Below, piece after piece: positions 60,545 to 64,000 of a DNA stretch of 64,000 bases. Source of the DNA: Cetorhinus maximus (Eukaryota); assembly GCF_964194155.1 (NCBI RefSeq), contig NC_135882.1:15128001-15192000 (forward strand), given 5' to 3'. Each line of letters begins with the position of its first letter. Within the stretch, counting starts at the first letter, position 1. The notes below the pieces were generated by a model that searched no databases, was not told where the DNA came from, and was given only the letters and a program-made list of their open reading frames with translations. The position numbers and the translations under genes were made by a program.

Positions 60545-61600
60545 ACTTGGAGCCAGGCCCTTGTTGGTTGACAGGAGGTTAATCCCGATGCAGGCTAATC
60601 AGAGAATAATCCTGATTGTGGACCATGGAGAGGGTTGCTTGTTTCACTTTGCCCTTGCACTGCGGAGTGGCCTGCAAGGTGCCCTTTACTGGAAGGCGGA
60701 GTCCTTCTGCTGTGTGAAGTGAGGTGTCTGTCATTTGAAGTTGGAGGTCTTTCAGGCATGGCTCCTTGTCTGAGAGGTTTGTGACCCTGGCACCTAAGCT
60801 CAGTTTGAAATTTGTGAGATGCCCGTTAACCAGGATGTCTGCATTCCAAAATGAAGAGTCGCTCTCCTTGACTTCACCCATGAAGAATGGCTATGCTCCT
60901 TGTGGGCTTTCTGCCTTGACCTCGTGGATGACCTTTTGGCTCTCTGTGTCGGGCTGGGGTTTTGACTTGCACAGTTTACCAGCGTGTCCCTGTCTGTGGC
61001 AGTGGAAGCACCCGGGCAGTGCTGGCAGGTCACTGACCTCCCCTGTGAAGACGCTTCACACTGCAGTGCCGGCAAGGTCACCCTGCTGGCCATTTTGGGG
61101 TTTGCTTTCTGTGGCTTGGGTGGCCTCTGCATTTTTCTGACTTGATATGGTGGACTCAGGGCTGGTTTCTGCCCCGTGATGTGTTCTCGCCCCTTAGGAT
61201 TGTCCCGAATTGCTCGCGTAGCTCAGGCAGTCTAAGTAGCTGGATTGCCTTGTCTCGGGTAAGACAGCCTCTAGCTTGCAGGCCTACAGAATTTTTTTCC
61301 GAAGTCAGGATCAACGCCGTATCTTAAAAATCTTCTTCTCCAAAGACTCCAATTGTGTGACGGGTCGGGGCCAAGGGTGACTCCCAGTGGAGCTGGGTGA
61401 GGAATTGCAATCCATTTTTGATGATTATAATAAGTGTGAGTACAGCTTTAGGAGATTGCAGGCTTCCAAGATGGGGTCGCTGTTACTGCCGAACAAAGGG
61501 TCTTCCCGTGTTTGCTGGTTTTTGCCGGGCTTTTCAAAATGGCCGTGCTGCGCTCCTGCCTGAAGAAGAATGGTCCATAATGGCTGCGCAAGTCAGCTGG
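60545..61600 (-). pseudogene. Gypsy gag/protease remnant
   Basis: Zinc knuckle CFHCHRQGHAGKLC (rc ~60970-61010); protease FWNADILVNGHLTNFKLSLGARVT, with the D(T/L)GA site decayed. Confidence 0.75.
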
Positions 61601-62141
61601 CTGCCGACAGTGGTACCGTGTTATAAATCGGGAGTCTTGGGAAAGAACTGCGGACTTGCTGTTTCCAAACTTGAATGGTCTTGAGGTACCCCGAGTGGGC
61701 GAAAAATAATTATTAGTGGTTTTTTTATTTACCAGACTTGGGACCCACGTGTTGAGACTCGGAGTCTAGGATTGGGTTTAGCGACGGGTTGCTTTCAAAC
61801 AACGCTTCTTGAGTGAATAGCTTAAAAGAGGTTTCTCAGGACTAGCTGGCCTGGAATTTAAAAAAAGTTATCTCACCATTGCAGGCTGCAAGCTCAACTT
61901 GCTGAAGCTGGACTTCCAAGGAGGATGCAGTGGACTCTTCTGCTTAAGTAATACTTTTAGCTTTCTTGTTTGCTTCCAGGCTCTTCTGTCTCTGGAGCTT
62001 TGTCTTTATTTTTTTCCCTGGTGAGTTTTCTCAGCTTCAGTTGGGAGTTAGGTTCAGTGCAGAATCCGTTGAAGGTGTCCTTTTTCTTAGTTTCTCAGCA
62101 TTCTTGTGCTGATGAGGGTTTTGATCCAGATCCTGCCACCA

Positions 62142-62394
62142 TGAAGAATCCTGCTTCGGACACCATGAAGTAGGCTTCGTGGCCCTGAGTCTAATAACAG
62201 TAAGTTTTTATTAACTCATAACCATGTATTTACAGTAGAGGGTACAGGTTAGGGAGTTGACTCAATTCTAGGCCTTTACCCGTCTCTGTCCACCTCTAGA
62301 CTGACCCTGGCTCTGGGTCATGTACCTTTTCACATCATGTGTGGGTGGTAGTGTGCTCAGTCCAACGCTGACCCTTTATTTACCAGACCCTACA
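62142..62394 (-). repeat. 5' LTR, followed by PBS-like TGGTGGCAGGAT (rc of 62130-62141)
   Basis: Homologous to 54139-54405. Confidence 0.85.
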
Positions 62395-63119
62395 TAAATA
62401 ACTAAAGATGGCTGTTCACTCAGTTTCTTCAGGAATTCCAATGCTCTTCCACCAAAAGAGACAGCTGGAGATTGAGAGAATGCTGTGGATACTTGTACCC
62501 TGTACTAATCAAGAAAGCAGTCCTGGACCAAATCTAGAAACTCCTCTCCTTCTTTGTCACTGCCAATTCTTTTACTGCCGTTTATGATTGGTTAATCAAT
62601 GTGAATGATTATTTCTGCAGCTTTCTCTAGCATGGCTGTATCACTCTGCCTCTCTTTCATTTTTGCTCTTTAGCCGATAATAAGTTTCCAATTGAGTAAC
62701 AGGTCCCTTTTTATTCTTTAACTTTAGGCAAATAGATTTGGCTTTTGCCCCATCCCCTATATATCACCCTCATTGTCTTCAGTGATATAGCTACCCTCCA
62801 CATAAACAGATCTAACAGAATGCCCTACATAATCCACAAAAGCCTGTGATTTCTCTGTAAGGAACGTGGGAACATACCTGCAATTCTTTTCCACCATATT
62901 CTCCTATACACATGTTGAAGAATTGATTACATCTGAAGTTGACATTATAGCAACGCCCCCCGCCGATTCCTGCACTTTCAGTGCAGTGATATGCCATTGG
63001 CCTATTCAGGTTTGCTAGCCTAGTACACCAGCACAGAGGGACGTCATAATTCAAACTCTTTTGAGCTGTTGCGCAGATTTTGTGATCACACACACATGGT
63101 ACACAGAGGCTTTTACTGT

Positions 63120-63210
63120 GAAGAAAGAAGCCTTGCATTAATCTAGCGCTTTTCATGACTCCAGGATGTCCTAAAGTGTTATACAGCCAATGAAGAGCTT
63201 TTGAAGTACA
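63120..63210 (-). mobile_element. SINE 3' end fragment with an L2-like tail, interrupted by the Harbinger at 63215
   Basis: ttgcattaatctagcgcttttcatgac...ggatgtcctaaagtg..tacagccaatgaag resembles a gcgctatataaatgcaag-type tail in reverse. Confidence 0.5.
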
Positions 63211-63214
63211 TGTT

Positions 63215-64000
63215 GGGCGGAATCGCCCCAGATTTGCACAAATTACGGTAGCGGGCAGGAACAAGGGCGTTCCATCTGCCGGCCACAATGGCGGCTTTTC
63301 GCACCGTATCATCCCAATCCCACCTCATTGATTATGCATTCCCGGGAAACATGATGTTTCCATGGCGGGCGGGCTCTCATTCCCCCGCCACGCCACTTCA
63401 TTACGCTGGGCACCATATTTAAAGTGCAGCCACACGCACACCTCTCAGTGCTTCCAACCCAGGACTGCTGCAAAGAAAATATAACCCTGAAAAGCAAGAA
63501 GACTGCAGTCCCCTTGTTTAATAAGACATCCTTCGAGCCCCTTTTGGGCGCAGTGGAGGCCCGCCATGATGTCCACTACCTCCACTCTGGCCGCAGGAGG
63601 AACAGCAACATTACCACTCTGGCTTGGTAGGCGATGGCAGTGATGATCAGTGCCAATGCTGCACAGAAGAGGTTGGCCATCCAATGCAGAGAGAGGATGA
63701 ATGATCTCATCCGTGCAGTCAGGGTAAGGCAACCATCTTGTCACTCTAAACTCACATGCCAATCACACATTCACTGGTATCTCACTCACTGCCAGCTCAA
63801 GGGACATCACCACTCACTCTCACACACCCACCCTCACATCTCCATCTGGCTTCATCTGCTCTGGAGGCTGCCTCCTCAGCCCTCACCATCTTGAGGCCAC
63901 TTGCACAGATCAACATGTGCCCCAACACGCATCCTGGGATACTCCCGCTTGCCCAGTACAGCCTTCACCCAGCAGCCTCTTCCTTTCCCTGAAGCCACTT
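63215..64000 (+). mobile_element. Left end of PIF/Harbinger element D with Myb/SANT exon 1 (63481-63723); runs off the window
   Basis: TIR-like gggcggaatc; subterminal match to 40256-40460; peptide KSKKTAVPLF...LLGAVEAR...AW*AMA..ISANA..KR..IQCRERMNDLIRAVR|gtaagg. Confidence 0.8.

Larger units (their letters stand above)
54139..62394 (-). mobile_element. Ty3/Gypsy (Mag-like) LTR retrotransposon, decayed, interrupted by a Harbinger segment
   Basis: TG...CA termini with 5-bp TSD TAAAT (54134-54138, 62395-62399). Order on the minus strand is gag zinc knuckle, protease, RT, RNase H, integrase. PBS-like and PPT-like sites adjoin the LTRs. Confidence 0.88.

Overview
Vertebrate genomic DNA. The repeat repertoire suggests a cartilaginous fish (shark); this is inference. 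I found no supportable host exon: the window reads as intronic or intergenic DNA built from nested, mostly decayed transposons. Retroelements: a near-full CR1 LINE with an ORF1 esterase (6230-10500, -); a Penelope-like RT+GIY-YIG element with a 15-bp TSD and a hammerhead motif (23513-25640); three more hammerhead-like motifs; an APE-RT LINE family whose partner tRNA-SINE appears to share both its 5' region and its 3' tail; a Mag-like Gypsy element with a 5-bp TSD (54139-62394); a solo LTR; and a second LTR-element fragment. DNA transposons: at least six PIF/Harbinger remnants (DDE transposase and/or Myb/SANT gene) and five ~670-710-bp MITEs with Harbinger-type ends. Most notable: the SINE that looks like an internally deleted LINE; a PBS-like sequence at the end of both Gypsy LTRs; a promoter-plus-hammerhead module; three ~150-bp local duplications about 1 kb from their donors; an in-frame deletion that collapses a Harbinger Myb gene to a 48-codon ORF; and a TGACAG array. 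All identities and boundaries were judged by eye.
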